From Candidatus Borrarchaeum weybense (GTDB taxonomy: Archaea; Asgardarchaeota; Sifarchaeia; Borrarchaeales; Borrarchaeaceae): a stretch of DNA of 64,000 bases. Within the stretch, counting starts at the first letter, position 1; each line of letters opens with the position of its first letter. Location of the stretch: NCBI GenBank assembly GCA_019057385.1, contig JAHQJS010000006.1:64001-128000 (forward strand), written 5' to 3'. The notes under the pieces are model-generated. The model was not told the DNA's origin. It saw only the letters and a list, made by a program, of their open reading frames with translations, and made no database searches. Of the stretch, positions 29,269 to 39,616 are shown in pieces. A program made the position numbers and the translations under genes.

Positions 29269-30476
29269 GAATACTTCAAGTCACAAACTTCTTTAAACCA
29301 TCATGGGAGGCAGGAGGCCCTGCAAAGATAACATACGAACTATCTAAAAAGTTGCTGGAAAGAGGTCACGAAGTTACAGTTTATACGACTGATGGTTTTA
29401 AGCGGAGGTTAAATGTAGAAAAAAATAGACCTGTAGACGTTGATGGAATAAGGACGTACTATTTTAGGAATTTGTCCAAAAGTCTCGTAACAAAGATATC
29501 TACACTTCCCTATTACGCACCATTGATAGCAAGAAAAGAGATAACAGATTTTGATATTATACATATAAATGAACTCAATATGTTAGGCTTTTTGGTTCAT
29601 CGCTATGCAAAAAAATATAAGATTCCTTATGTATTGCAGGGTCATGGTTCCCTTTTTTTTAAGATAAGTGGAAGAGTTACTTTTTCTTCTGAGGGAAATA
29701 TAGTTATTACAAAAAAAAGATTACTTGGAAGAATGTGGAACGTCCTCTTTGAGCGCCCAACATTATATAATGCATCAAAAATAATTGCCTTGACAGAGAA
29801 AGAAGCAGAGGAATGTAAGAAGATAAATGTAGATGAAAATAGGATTGTGATTATTCCAAATGGAATTAACTTGAATTTATATGAAAACCTGCCAAAAAGA
29901 GGAGAGTTTAGAAGTAAATATTCAATAAAAGATAACGAAAGGCTGATTTTGTACTTAGGTAGAATACATAAAATTAAAGGCATTAATTTACTCATAAAGG
30001 CATTTGCAAGTCTGCTTAAAGAATTGAAAGATGTTAGACTTGTAATTGTGGGACCAGATGATGGATTTATGCCGACTTTAATGAAACATGTAAGAGAGTC
30101 TAACATAGATAATAGAATTTTATTTACAGGGCCATTGTATGAAAAGGAAAAGTTAACAGCTTATGTTGATGCTGATGTTTATGTTCTGCCTTCGATATAT
30201 GAAACCTTCCCAAATACAATACTTGAAGCTTGGGCTTGTGGTACACCTGTAATTGTGACTAATCGATGTGGCATTGCCGATTTTGTTGATAAAGTCGGAT
30301 ACGTGGTCAAATATAATGAAGACCAATTGCGAGGTGCAATTTCTAAGATTATAAGTGACGAAGAGTTAAGAAAAAGAATTGGAGCAGAAAGTAAGAAGTT
30401 GGTGCGAAAAGAGTTTAGTTTGGATAAAGTAATTGGAAAAATAGAAGCATTGTATGAAACAATACTAGCAAAATAA
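29265..30476 (+). CDS. GT4 glycosyltransferase
   Basis: MRILQV, GHEVTVYTT, LYLGRIHKIKG, GPDDG, ETFPNTILEAWACG. Confidence 0.92.
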   Translation: MRILQVTNFFKPSWEAGGPAKITYELSKKLLERGHEVTVYTTDGFKRRLNVEKNRPVDVDGIRTYYFRNLSKSLVTKISTLPYYAPLIARKEITDFDIIHINELNMLGFLVHRYAKKYKIPYVLQGHGSLFFKISGRVTFSSEGNIVITKKRLLGRMWNVLFERPTLYNASKIIALTEKEAEECKKINVDENRIVIIPNGINLNLYENLPKRGEFRSKYSIKDNERLILYLGRIHKIKGINLLIKAFASLLKELKDVRLVIVGPDDGFMPTLMKHVRESNIDNRILFTGPLYEKEKLTAYVDADVYVLPSIYETFPNTILEAWACGTPVIVTNRCGIADFVDKVGYVVKYNEDQLRGAISKIISDEELRKRIGAESKKLVRKEFSLDKVIGKIEALYETILAK

Positions 30477-30508
30477 AAGCATTGTATGAAACAATACTAG
30501 CAAAATAA
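30445..30508 (+). repeat. Perfect 32-bp tandem duplication spanning the GT4 stop codon
   Basis: AAGCATTGTATGAAACAATACTAGCAAAATAA x2. Confidence 0.95.
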
Positions 30509-30536
30509 AATGAAAAACTAAAAACATTAATAATTA

Positions 30537-30690
30537 CAACAATTCTCCCCGAATGATTGTGATAGATGATTTTTCCTAACAAATTTTGCAGTAGATCCTT
30601 TTTGTTTCAAGATCGTGAATCTACTACACAATAGACCTTTGCATCACCTTCTCTGAATACTAAAAGTGAATGATTTTTCTGTTAAAGATT
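30537..30690 (-). pseudogene. Relic 3' end and downstream DNA of a paralog of the 31948-33909 membrane protein
   Basis: Minus strand reads FNRKNHSLLVFREGDAKVYCVVDSRS* versus FDRTSYLVLTFKEGNAKVYRVIDSRS*. Downstream DNA also resembles 31894-31947. Confidence 0.85.
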
Positions 30691-30735
30691 CAAGTCCGCG
30701 ATAGGGTTACATAAAACTTTTTTTTTCTAAAAAAA

Positions 30736-31587
30736 TCAATTTTTTCGATATATTAGCGTGAAAAAATCTCCGGGCGCTGATCCTTCAACATTTTTGTAAA
30801 ATAGAGTCATGTTTAGCTTTTTGGTAATATTGAGATTATTAATGGATTTTTCTCGATTCGTCAAAAACAGATGATTTCCTTCTACATGTAGGTCGTGTTG
30901 ATGTAATCCCGTCCATTTTTCTCTCGTTCCTACCTTGACGAATCCAAAGAGATTCATAAAACCTCCAGGTTTCAAAATATAATATAGTTTGTTGATAAAT
31001 TCTTGCGGTGAGATTGCATGATCCATAGCATTTTGACTTAAGACTAGATGAAAATTATTTTGCTCGAACAGTTCATCTAGACGCTCTCCTGTTCCTTCAA
31101 TACATTTTAATGGATAATTAACCTTGTATTTTTTATTTAAATGATTATAAAGTTTTGCTAGCGGGTCTACAGTAATAATTTTCCACGCGGTTATATTTAA
31201 ATATTCAAAAAATGAAGTCACGGGGCCTGAACCCACATCAATTAACTTCAACTTTTCATTGAAATCTTTTGATAAGATTTCTAACACTTGTCTCATTTCT
31301 TTCGAGTATCTATTTTTTGTTAGATTTGCATCCCACCATTCAGGATATTCGCCAGAAACATGATAACGATAATAAGCGCGTTTCCAATGAAGAATTTCTG
31401 ATGAGTAATCTATGCTATTTGTTAATCTTGCATAGAACTTGTCAGAAAGAAATCTAATATAATATCTAATATTTGTTAAGGATGGATGGGTTATATCAAA
31501 CCAAACACTTCTTAACATTATTTTAGTCACCCAATACCCATTAGAGGGTTTACTCGTATGGATTTCCGATCCCTGCAGTGATTTCAA
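30736..31587 (-). CDS. Class I SAM methyltransferase
   Basis: LIDVGSGP, TVDPLA, SQNAMDH, ILKPGG. Confidence 0.85.
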   Translation of the reverse strand: MKSLQGSEIHTSKPSNGYWVTKIMLRSVWFDITHPSLTNIRYYIRFLSDKFYARLTNSIDYSSEILHWKRAYYRYHVSGEYPEWWDANLTKNRYSKEMRQVLEILSKDFNEKLKLIDVGSGPVTSFFEYLNITAWKIITVDPLAKLYNHLNKKYKVNYPLKCIEGTGERLDELFEQNNFHLVLSQNAMDHAISPQEFINKLYYILKPGGFMNLFGFVKVGTREKWTGLHQHDLHVEGNHLFLTNREKSINNLNITKKLNMTLFYKNVEGSAPGDFFTLIYRKN

Positions 31588-31947
31588 TTTCCGTCTATGG
31601 TCTTATGGAGTTTCAAAGAGCATCTAACCAAAAAATACGAATAAACTGGTTACGGGCGTCACTATTTTTATTTTAGGGTGGTGTTATTTTAAATAATATT
31701 TTCTAGTATTTTCGGCCAGAATTAGTAATAGCGTACAAGGATATTTTATAGATCGCCTATAGTTTAAAAAGCACAGCGCATTACTTTACAATCTATGTTT
31801 TCATATTTATTGATAAGGTAAAAATGGACCTTGAATTGAAAAACAAAGGAATTAGGAACGATATGAAAGAAATAAGCACTTGTAAAGTGCAATAACAATT
31901 CCCCGAAATCATTATTTTGAAAATAAGATTTTGCAATACATTCTTTT

Positions 31948-33909
31948 TTAAGATCGTGAATCTATGACACGATAGACCTTTGCGTTACCTTCTTTGAATG
32001 TTAGGACTAAGTAACTAGTTCTGTCAAAAGCATTATGATCTACAATATAATAATGTTCGTCAATCCGTCCCCGTTTCCTATCAGGGACAATAACATATGT
32101 TATACTGTATTTATAAATGATCTCTCTCGATTCTTCGCAGTCTGGATTAAAAAATGCTCGTTCACATTCATCCCACATAACTTTTAGTCCTTGATCATCG
32201 CTTCTATCAAAAAATGGTTGATTTCGAAAGAAAACGGTTTTTCGTTCTGTGATAACAGGAACCCAGTGCCCATTGTACCAAGGTGAGTTAAGAATAAATG
32301 CATCTTCAGGCGTATTATTCTTTATCCATCTCATAGCGGCAAGATCAGAACTTGTCGAGAACCTATATCTGGGCCAAATTAGATAAGAGTGCAAATAGTG
32401 CCAAGAAGAACGTGTTACATCATCAGCGAGCGTAGGGGCAGTGTAAATAGGAAATATCATACCACTTGTAATTGAAAGCACCAGTAGTACTCCGCCCTTT
32501 GGGCCGGTACAGAAAATTTTTTTTCTTAGTTGAACTAGATTCTGAATAATGATGGTTTTTGGATTCGTACAAGTGATTTGTCTTACTGCGTAATGAGTAA
32601 ATTGAGCGGCGAGAATGCTGAACGGAACAATAGGACCGCGCCAACCAAGACCAAAAGCGTATATGTATAATGACACCCTCAATGGTAGAAATAGTGATAT
32701 AAAATCGTTAATAATACTGAATGTAGAAAAATCGATAATCATTAAAACCCACGTTATTAAGAAAACGTCTCGCTTCTCACGTCTGAGTGATCCGAGGCAC
32801 ATACCCAAAACCGCAACTAAAGGTACAATAGCACCATTGTGAGAGACCATCTCTCTCAATATGTGAATTCCTGGAGAATATCTTAACTGTCCACCGATAC
32901 TTTCGCTAAGAAATAGAGGTAACTGCAAGATTAACCAGAGCAGGGTCAATAGGAACGCGATACTCGGTATCAAAAGCATTACTGTGTAGTCTTGAAGATT
33001 GGGCGATTTTTTTGATAGCCATACGGTAGCAAAGAAAGGCACTTCAGCCAGAACGAAGAAAATGAAAGAATCTGGGTGCGAGAGAAATAGGGATGAAAGC
33101 GCTAGTGCTGCGATTATAACATTACCGATTCTGTTAGATTTGTTATCCAACGCTTTGAAGAAGGTTGAAAAACAAACAAAAATGATCAAGCAGCCAAGTA
33201 CACTTGTGAAACCTGAATCTGCTAAGGCGCTGAATAGACCTCTCCCAATAACAAGAAACGCACAAATGAGCAAGCCAAGCCTATTATCTCCAAATTGTCG
33301 CCCAACGCTCAAAGCCGCCGGAAAAGTCATTAACCAGAGAAAATACGCTATCCCCAACATGGCATAGTTGATAGGCGTTGAAAGTAGATCAGAAAGAAAT
33401 GCCACCAAAATAAAAAAGCCTGGAGAATAGAGCCACTTGATTTTAGGATAGAATGGGGCCAGCGTATTAACAGTCCCTCCCATTCGCACAGTAAGCGCCA
33501 AGTAGCCGAATCCTTGCGCGTCAACATCACCTGGAATTTCAATAGTCATCAAAGTCCAAACTGCGAAAATCACAAGTAAAAGAAAAAACACAACGAAAAC
33601 GAACGCTTCCTTTGAAAGATTGATCCTTAAAATATTTTTAAAATCATCCCGAAATCCACGTGCCATACAATAAGCACTTACTAGCAATATTCCCAGGATT
33701 ACATTTGCGAATAAGACAGACCAGTATGAATACCCCCAGATTGAGACAACACCAGAAGAAACTACAACAAAAAGAGCTATACCGATCCCTGGGGATAACA
33801 GTAACTTATCCACAGCATAGAGTTCAGAAATTAATGAAAGAAGCAAATAACCGGGGAAAATAACAACCATGAGAACTAACCATATTGTTAGAACAACCCC
33901 AATCATCAT
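31948..33909 (-). CDS. Polytopic GT-C-like membrane protein (DUF6541/AglB-like C-terminal domain)
   Basis: GDVDAQG, YSPGF, SHPDS, and DLAAMRWIKNNTPEDAFILNSPWYNGHWVPVITER. The likely start is ATG 33909; the ORF is open to 34038. Confidence 0.65.
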   Translation of the reverse strand: MMIGVVLTIWLVLMVVIFPGYLLLSLISELYAVDKLLLSPGIGIALFVVVSSGVVSIWGYSYWSVLFANVILGILLVSAYCMARGFRDDFKNILRINLSKEAFVFVVFFLLLVIFAVWTLMTIEIPGDVDAQGFGYLALTVRMGGTVNTLAPFYPKIKWLYSPGFFILVAFLSDLLSTPINYAMLGIAYFLWLMTFPAALSVGRQFGDNRLGLLICAFLVIGRGLFSALADSGFTSVLGCLIIFVCFSTFFKALDNKSNRIGNVIIAALALSSLFLSHPDSFIFFVLAEVPFFATVWLSKKSPNLQDYTVMLLIPSIAFLLTLLWLILQLPLFLSESIGGQLRYSPGIHILREMVSHNGAIVPLVAVLGMCLGSLRREKRDVFLITWVLMIIDFSTFSIINDFISLFLPLRVSLYIYAFGLGWRGPIVPFSILAAQFTHYAVRQITCTNPKTIIIQNLVQLRKKIFCTGPKGGVLLVLSITSGMIFPIYTAPTLADDVTRSSWHYLHSYLIWPRYRFSTSSDLAAMRWIKNNTPEDAFILNSPWYNGHWVPVITERKTVFFRNQPFFDRSDDQGLKVMWDECERAFFNPDCEESREIIYKYSITYVIVPDRKRGRIDEHYYIVDHNAFDRTSYLVLTFKEGNAKVYRVIDSRS

Positions 33910-34476
33910 TAAAACAAAGCCACCTTCCACTAGTATGAAGAGTCTCCCTATTATCATTCTCTGAGGAGTAAAAAATCTACCCGCTAATGTAGATTCTTGT
34001 TTCCATTTACAAATTGGAGTAATACGGTCGCAATTCATTTAAAAATTTAAGCAAAAATATTGCTAAAAGAAGTTCAATGATTCTCTTTTTGCAATAGTTA
34101 TGAAAAGAGGAATAGATTGTTCTCAATAAAGAATTACTTCTTTTAAATTAGAAAGGAGCAAGTATCTGAACGGAGAAACTTCCTACATCCCAATGGTGAT
34201 AAACAACTTCCAATTGTTATATAGTGGCGTATTGAAAAAAAGCATCATTCACTGAATTACTCTGAAGGAAACCCCCTTAATAGATTAAGTAATCGTTAAT
34301 GAGATTTAATCCAGAAAGGACATATAAGTTATTGATGAAATATCGATTTTAACTTTCAAAAGGATGTCAACACTGAATAAATCCTTGCTTTGCCATTTAA
34401 ACTCGCGATCTATAAAATAAAATGCCTATTAAAGACATATGAAGAAGAATCCTTTACTTTATTGGATGCATCAAAA

Positions 34477-35631
34477 ATGGACATATTACAAATTCTTCCA
34501 TACTTCTCTCCTAAACATGGAGGATCTGCGACCTCACCATATCAAATCAGTAGAGCCCTTAGTAAACGTGGGCATAATGTAACGATTTATACTACAGATT
34601 TGGACACAAAAAAATCCTCCTTTGAGATTAATTCAGGCCTACGCGTTATACAATTTCATTGTGTAGCAAATATTGGAGGATTATTAATAACTCCAGCTAT
34701 GGGAAACCAGTTGAAGAATGAAATAAAAGACTTTGAAGTAATTCATGCACACAACTTTAGAACATACCAAAATATAATAGTCCAACGCTATGCGAGAAAA
34801 TGCAAAGTCCCCTATATTTTACAAGCTCAAGGATCTATGCCAAAGATAGGAAAGAAAAAAGGTAAATGGTTTTACGACCAACTCTTAGGCTTCAAAATAC
34901 TAAAAAATGCTTCTAAAGTATTAGCTTTAACCGAAACAGAAGCTAAGCAATACAAACAGGCAGGTATTCCTAGCAGTAAGATAGTTATAATACCAAATGG
35001 CATAGATCTCTCAGAATACAATGATCTCCCGCTTAGGGGGATGTTTAGAGCAAAATTTGGGATAAACGAAGATAATAAGATAATATTGTTTCTTGGGAGA
35101 TTACATTGGATTAAAGGTATAGATAACCTCCTAAGGGCTTTTGCCAGATTAAAAAAAGGATCGAAATTTGACAATATCCTTCTAGTTCTAGCTGGCCCGG
35201 ATGATGGATTTTTGTCAACACTAAACTCATTAATAAACAAACTAAGAATAAAAGACAGCGTTTTAATAACAGGCCCTCTTTATGACAGGGAAAAACTTGA
35301 AGCTTACATAGATGCAGATATCTATATTCTACCATCTAGATATGAAACTTTTCCTATGACTGTTCTGGAAGCAATAGCATGCGAAACACCAATCATTTTA
35401 AGTGATAAATGCGGAATCACGGCAACAATAAAGGATAAGGTTGGAATAGTCGTTAAACCTTCACCTAAGGAAATCCAAATCGCTTTGTTACAATTATTGT
35501 CGGATGAGGATCTCCAAAAAAGGTTCAGAGATAACTGTAGGATAATACTGAAACAATTCGACATTGCAAATATTGCTGTAAAGCTTGAGAAACTCTATAA
35601 TGAAGTCATTGAAGTTAGCGATCCAAAATGA
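34477..35631 (+). CDS. GT4 glycosyltransferase (paralog of 29265-30476)
   Basis: MDILQI, GHNVTIYTT, LFLGRLHWIKG, GPDDG, ETFPMTVLEA. ATG 34477 is preferred as the start. Confidence 0.92.
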   Translation: MDILQILPYFSPKHGGSATSPYQISRALSKRGHNVTIYTTDLDTKKSSFEINSGLRVIQFHCVANIGGLLITPAMGNQLKNEIKDFEVIHAHNFRTYQNIIVQRYARKCKVPYILQAQGSMPKIGKKKGKWFYDQLLGFKILKNASKVLALTETEAKQYKQAGIPSSKIVIIPNGIDLSEYNDLPLRGMFRAKFGINEDNKIILFLGRLHWIKGIDNLLRAFARLKKGSKFDNILLVLAGPDDGFLSTLNSLINKLRIKDSVLITGPLYDREKLEAYIDADIYILPSRYETFPMTVLEAIACETPIILSDKCGITATIKDKVGIVVKPSPKEIQIALLQLLSDEDLQKRFRDNCRIILKQFDIANIAVKLEKLYNEVIEVSDPK

Positions 35632-35689
35632 GCTGCAATCTCATTCCTAATGCACAAATTCTTCTGTGAATGTATCAACAATAAGATCA

Positions 35690-36700
35690 TTACAAAAAGT
35701 AACCTCTCATCTCATTTGCTAGTTCTTGCTCTTTTGAAGTCCTCAAAAACCTGGCTAATTTGTATATTAAAAACTTAAACGGGGAATCCATGACAATTTT
35801 TGCCAAATTTTCGCTGTAAAAGAGAGGTATTGATGCCATGTCAATCATGGTTTTTCTAATATGAAATTGTAACCTATAATGTTCCAAACTATCATTAATT
35901 TTTATTTGTTGTAGTTTTGTTGTACCCAATCCTTCTTTTTCCGCAATGAAAATATGATGAACACTCTTAGGAGGAATGCCCATTATGTTCGCTCCTAAAG
36001 AATCTGCCACAACAAGATTATTAGAGAGTAATAACAAATCTAATGGTTTTGCAATTCCGAACATTGGTCCATGTCCATCTAAAGCAAAAGTTCCATCAAT
36101 TACAATTAGTTTAGGAGGTAATGATTTCGCTATTAGTGCCAGTTTATAACTCAGCTTTTTGTGAAAGAGCCCTCTCATCGTATCGGGATAACAACCCCAC
36201 AGGTTTTTTATGCCAAGAGAAACTTTTGTTATCACATGCACTTTTAAAACAGGAACTGAAATGAAACAATTGACTTCATTATCTAAAAGAAGTTTTGGTA
36301 ACTGAACCTTCACCTTTTTTCCTTGAATCTTCTCTTCAACAAATGCCGAGGGAAGTCTTGATAGATTAACTAAATCTACACCAACCTTTCTACAAATCTG
36401 GTACATGTTATGCCCCTTAAATGCTTCATTGGCTTTGAATGAATGATTTCCGCCATCAGATTCTCCCACAATTACATGTTCAGCCCTATCTTTAATTATT
36501 TCCAGCAAATTTTGGAGCACTTCAGGGTTGGTAGTAACCCCTTCTTTATAATAAGGAAATGTAAAATTTGGCTTTATAAAAACGATAGAGTCTTTTTTAA
36601 CTTGGCTTCTCCAGTTAATGAACTCTAGGCCCCTTAATAAATTTTCTTTCAGATTAGTAATTTTTGACACATAAGCTAGATGCCTATTCACTTTTAACAT
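35690..36700 (-). CDS. DUF362 domain protein
   Basis: VFIKPN, TTNPEV, VGESDG, SVPVLKVH, SLGIKNLWG, VIDG...GHGP. Confidence 0.85.
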   Translation of the reverse strand: MLKVNRHLAYVSKITNLKENLLRGLEFINWRSQVKKDSIVFIKPNFTFPYYKEGVTTNPEVLQNLLEIIKDRAEHVIVGESDGGNHSFKANEAFKGHNMYQICRKVGVDLVNLSRLPSAFVEEKIQGKKVKVQLPKLLLDNEVNCFISVPVLKVHVITKVSLGIKNLWGCYPDTMRGLFHKKLSYKLALIAKSLPPKLIVIDGTFALDGHGPMFGIAKPLDLLLLSNNLVVADSLGANIMGIPPKSVHHIFIAEKEGLGTTKLQQIKINDSLEHYRLQFHIRKTMIDMASIPLFYSENLAKIVMDSPFKFLIYKLARFLRTSKEQELANEMRGYFL

Positions 36701-36703
36701 ACC

Positions 36704-38062
36704 TCATCCAATACATCGTGAAAAATCCGTCTGATCCACTTTACGAATCACATTCGTGTATTTGCCTGACTTTAAATGGAATCGACCCTTCAATGCTTCT
36801 AAAATCAAAACAAGCCCATAAGCTGATAAGATGAATAATAGCGGTTGAATTGGAACTCTGTATCTTGGCAGAACAAATGTGATAGAATAAAGTAAAGTGA
36901 AACCTAGGAATGGAACTAATAACGGCATGAGTTCTTTAATCCTTCTTCGCTCGTAAAACAGGGCGCCAATAGCTAATAAAAGCAGTGGCGCATATAATGC
37001 CCGTCTCAACGGTGGAGATTGCTCGGGTAGTATCTTTGGGAACCACCAGAAATCTACCATCTTCCGTAAACTATTGAAAAGAGTTTCCAATATATGACTG
37101 GAAATGTAAGACCTGGCTGAATCATAAAACATACGCTCAATTTCCCCCTCCTTTGTAAGCCCAGTATTTACGACCATTTCACTTGGATACCACGGTGGGA
37201 TACCTGTTTCCGTGTACTTTGCGTTATTTCCCCGCCAAAGGTTGAACCCGCTTCCCTTTATGAAAACAAAATTGCCCTCATATACCATGAGGCATCTTAC
37301 TTCCCAAGGCAATATTACTAGTCCGCAAAAAACTACTAGGATCGATATTGCCATTACTTTTCTTTTTAAAGAAGATTTAGGTAGAGATTTAGAAGAGAAA
37401 GCATTAAATGATTTTCTTCTTATCCAAGAGATGACAATCCATAAACTCATTAGACTAAAAACTGAGATGATTACAGGCTCAACCAGTAAAGAGAAACCGT
37501 ATAGTGCACCACAGGCTCCTGCTTTCCTGTGTGTTGGTTTTTTCTGAAGGTCATATGTAAAAAAGATCAATATAGGTATCAGAAAAGTTGTAAACACTAT
37601 TTGATGAAATGAAGCCACAGAGTAAAGGAAGTCAGGATAAACCGCAAAAAGCATACAGGAAATTACAGCTGTTCTCTGAGAGAAAAACATCCTTGACAAG
37701 TAATAAATTGGAAAAATAGTGAGACTCCCAATAATCACTTGAATTAGTTGAACTGCTAGTAGGGCTGTTTGGTTAACTCCAAACAGCAAAAAAAAGGTTG
37801 CAAGAAAGAACGGATAGAAAGGGGCCATAATACATGTTGGTTGTAACTGGGTCACTGGTGGGAAATAACTATACACGAACCCCCTTCCTTGAATAAGATG
37901 GAGGGCGATCTCTCCATTTTCATATAGGTTTTGTTGTTGCCCCATAACAAGAATCGTAATGATTCTTAATACTAGCGCGAATGTGAAAAGGAATGCTAGA
38001 ATCTGCTTCTTATTGACACTTTGTACAAACTTAATAACTTTCATAGACCCCACTACTGACAT
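36704..38062 (-). CDS. GT-C glycosyltransferase (ArnT/PMT_2, GT39/83-like)
   Basis: EIALHLIQGRGF, APFYPFFLA, PWEVR, NLWRGNN, RYRVPIQP; polytopic. Confidence 0.75.
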   Translation of the reverse strand: MSVVGSMKVIKFVQSVNKKQILAFLFTFALVLRIITILVMGQQQNLYENGEIALHLIQGRGFVYSYFPPVTQLQPTCIMAPFYPFFLATFFLLFGVNQTALLAVQLIQVIIGSLTIFPIYYLSRMFFSQRTAVISCMLFAVYPDFLYSVASFHQIVFTTFLIPILIFFTYDLQKKPTHRKAGACGALYGFSLLVEPVIISVFSLMSLWIVISWIRRKSFNAFSSKSLPKSSLKRKVMAISILVVFCGLVILPWEVRCLMVYEGNFVFIKGSGFNLWRGNNAKYTETGIPPWYPSEMVVNTGLTKEGEIERMFYDSARSYISSHILETLFNSLRKMVDFWWFPKILPEQSPPLRRALYAPLLLLAIGALFYERRRIKELMPLLVPFLGFTLLYSITFVLPRYRVPIQPLLFILSAYGLVLILEALKGRFHLKSGKYTNVIRKVDQTDFSRCIG

Positions 38063-38128
38063 TGAGTTTTATACCTTTACTAATATGAAATTACGACATC
38101 CTAATGTTCTGAATGCTCATCCAAAGAA

Positions 38129-39379
38129 CTAAGGGGAAGTCTTATTATTCAAATGCGTAAAAAGTTTTTCGTATTTCAAACAGCACACTTCTATGGTAAA
38201 GTTATTTCTTGCAAATTCGGCTGCATTTTTACTTAACTTATTCACTAAATCTGGTCTATGATATAACTCTAAAATAGTCTGTGCAAACTTTTCTGGATTT
38301 TTAGGTACTACACAAAACCCACACTGAGCTTTTTGGATTATTTTTGGTACATCCCCATTTAGAGGGACATTAGCAACAACAACTCTTCCCGCAGCCATTA
38401 TATCGTTTAATTTCCTTGGAACCGCTGGATAAGTTACCTTATTTTTATCTAACGTAACTAAGCAAATATCTGCTGCTGCTAACAACCTTGAATATGCTCG
38501 CCTAGGCTGAAATGGCAACATGATCACATTATACAATTTCAAAGAGTTTACTTTTCTCTCAATTGTTTTTTTCTGTGGACCATCTCCAACTAACACAAAG
38601 ACTATATTTTTCTCGTCATTAAGTATTGCTGCAACTTTTACGATAGTTTCAAGATCCTGTGAGTAAGACATTATCCCAGCGTAAGCTATAACAAATTTAT
38701 CCTCGATATTTAATTCCTTTCGAAATTCATTATGTTTTTCTGAGACTCGAATAGTTCTATCATGCCAATTTGGAATTATTGCAATTTTGCTTTCATGAGT
38801 TTTTGTTGCAATATACCTTTTGTTACTTTCTGAATATACTATCACCTTATCTGACAGAACGTAAATCAGCTTCTCAAGTATTTTGAATATTTTGATTAAT
38901 ATTGGATTTTTTAAAAATCCTAAGTCAATTACAGCCTGCGGGTAGAGATCCTGGATAGTGATAATTAAAGGTATTCGTCTTATTTTACTTAAAAGCCAGC
39001 CCGCAAATACGATTGGCAAAGGAGGAGTATACACTATAATTATATCAGGTTTAGAAAATAACCCGCCGAAAAAAATTAGAAATGGAACTAAGAAATGTTC
39101 TATTCCTCGCAAAGTCGGGGAATATTTGGGGGCTGGACTTCGCAATCTTATTACATTAATACCATCTAGCTTTTCTTTTAGAAAAACTCCTCGTCTGTAT
39201 TTTAAAGGCAGATGTGGATCTTCCTTAGCAAGGTTATATTCTCTAGGAAAGGTTGTCACTACTGTTACTTCATGCCCTCTGTCCGTCAATCCTCTGGCAA
39301 ATTCGTAAAATAAATGAGAAGCGCTTCCTATCTCTGGAGGAAAATACATCACTAGTAACATTATCTTCAAAGAATCCAC
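38129..39379 (-). CDS. GT4 glycosyltransferase (WbuB-like)
   Basis: YFPPEIG, QDLYPQ, IPNW, YAGIMSYSQDL, VPRKLNDIMAAG. Confidence 0.9.
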   Translation of the reverse strand: MDSLKIMLLVMYFPPEIGSASHLFYEFARGLTDRGHEVTVVTTFPREYNLAKEDPHLPLKYRRGVFLKEKLDGINVIRLRSPAPKYSPTLRGIEHFLVPFLIFFGGLFSKPDIIIVYTPPLPIVFAGWLLSKIRRIPLIITIQDLYPQAVIDLGFLKNPILIKIFKILEKLIYVLSDKVIVYSESNKRYIATKTHESKIAIIPNWHDRTIRVSEKHNEFRKELNIEDKFVIAYAGIMSYSQDLETIVKVAAILNDEKNIVFVLVGDGPQKKTIERKVNSLKLYNVIMLPFQPRRAYSRLLAAADICLVTLDKNKVTYPAVPRKLNDIMAAGRVVVANVPLNGDVPKIIQKAQCGFCVVPKNPEKFAQTILELYHRPDLVNKLSKNAAEFARNNFTIEVCCLKYEKLFTHLNNKTSP

Positions 39380-39616
39380 CTATAAATTACCAAGAGTGCA
39401 TATATTTAACTTAATTTAGAATTGCTTTGTCGAATTCCAAGACCTGTCATGTAAAAAATGTTAGATGCCAACTAAACAACTCTTTAATACTTAAGTTTTT
39501 TAACTTGCATGTAAGGAGTGACTTATTTTAATGATTGTAGGCGTGTGCAAAACGACTGCACTTAGTAATGTAGAATCTGGAATGTTATCTGGAATCTGCC
39601 ACAAAGGTGATGATAA

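Noticed and set aside
30445-30508. CRISPR-like 32-bp repeat
   Set aside because: Only two adjacent units with no spacer, and no cas genes.
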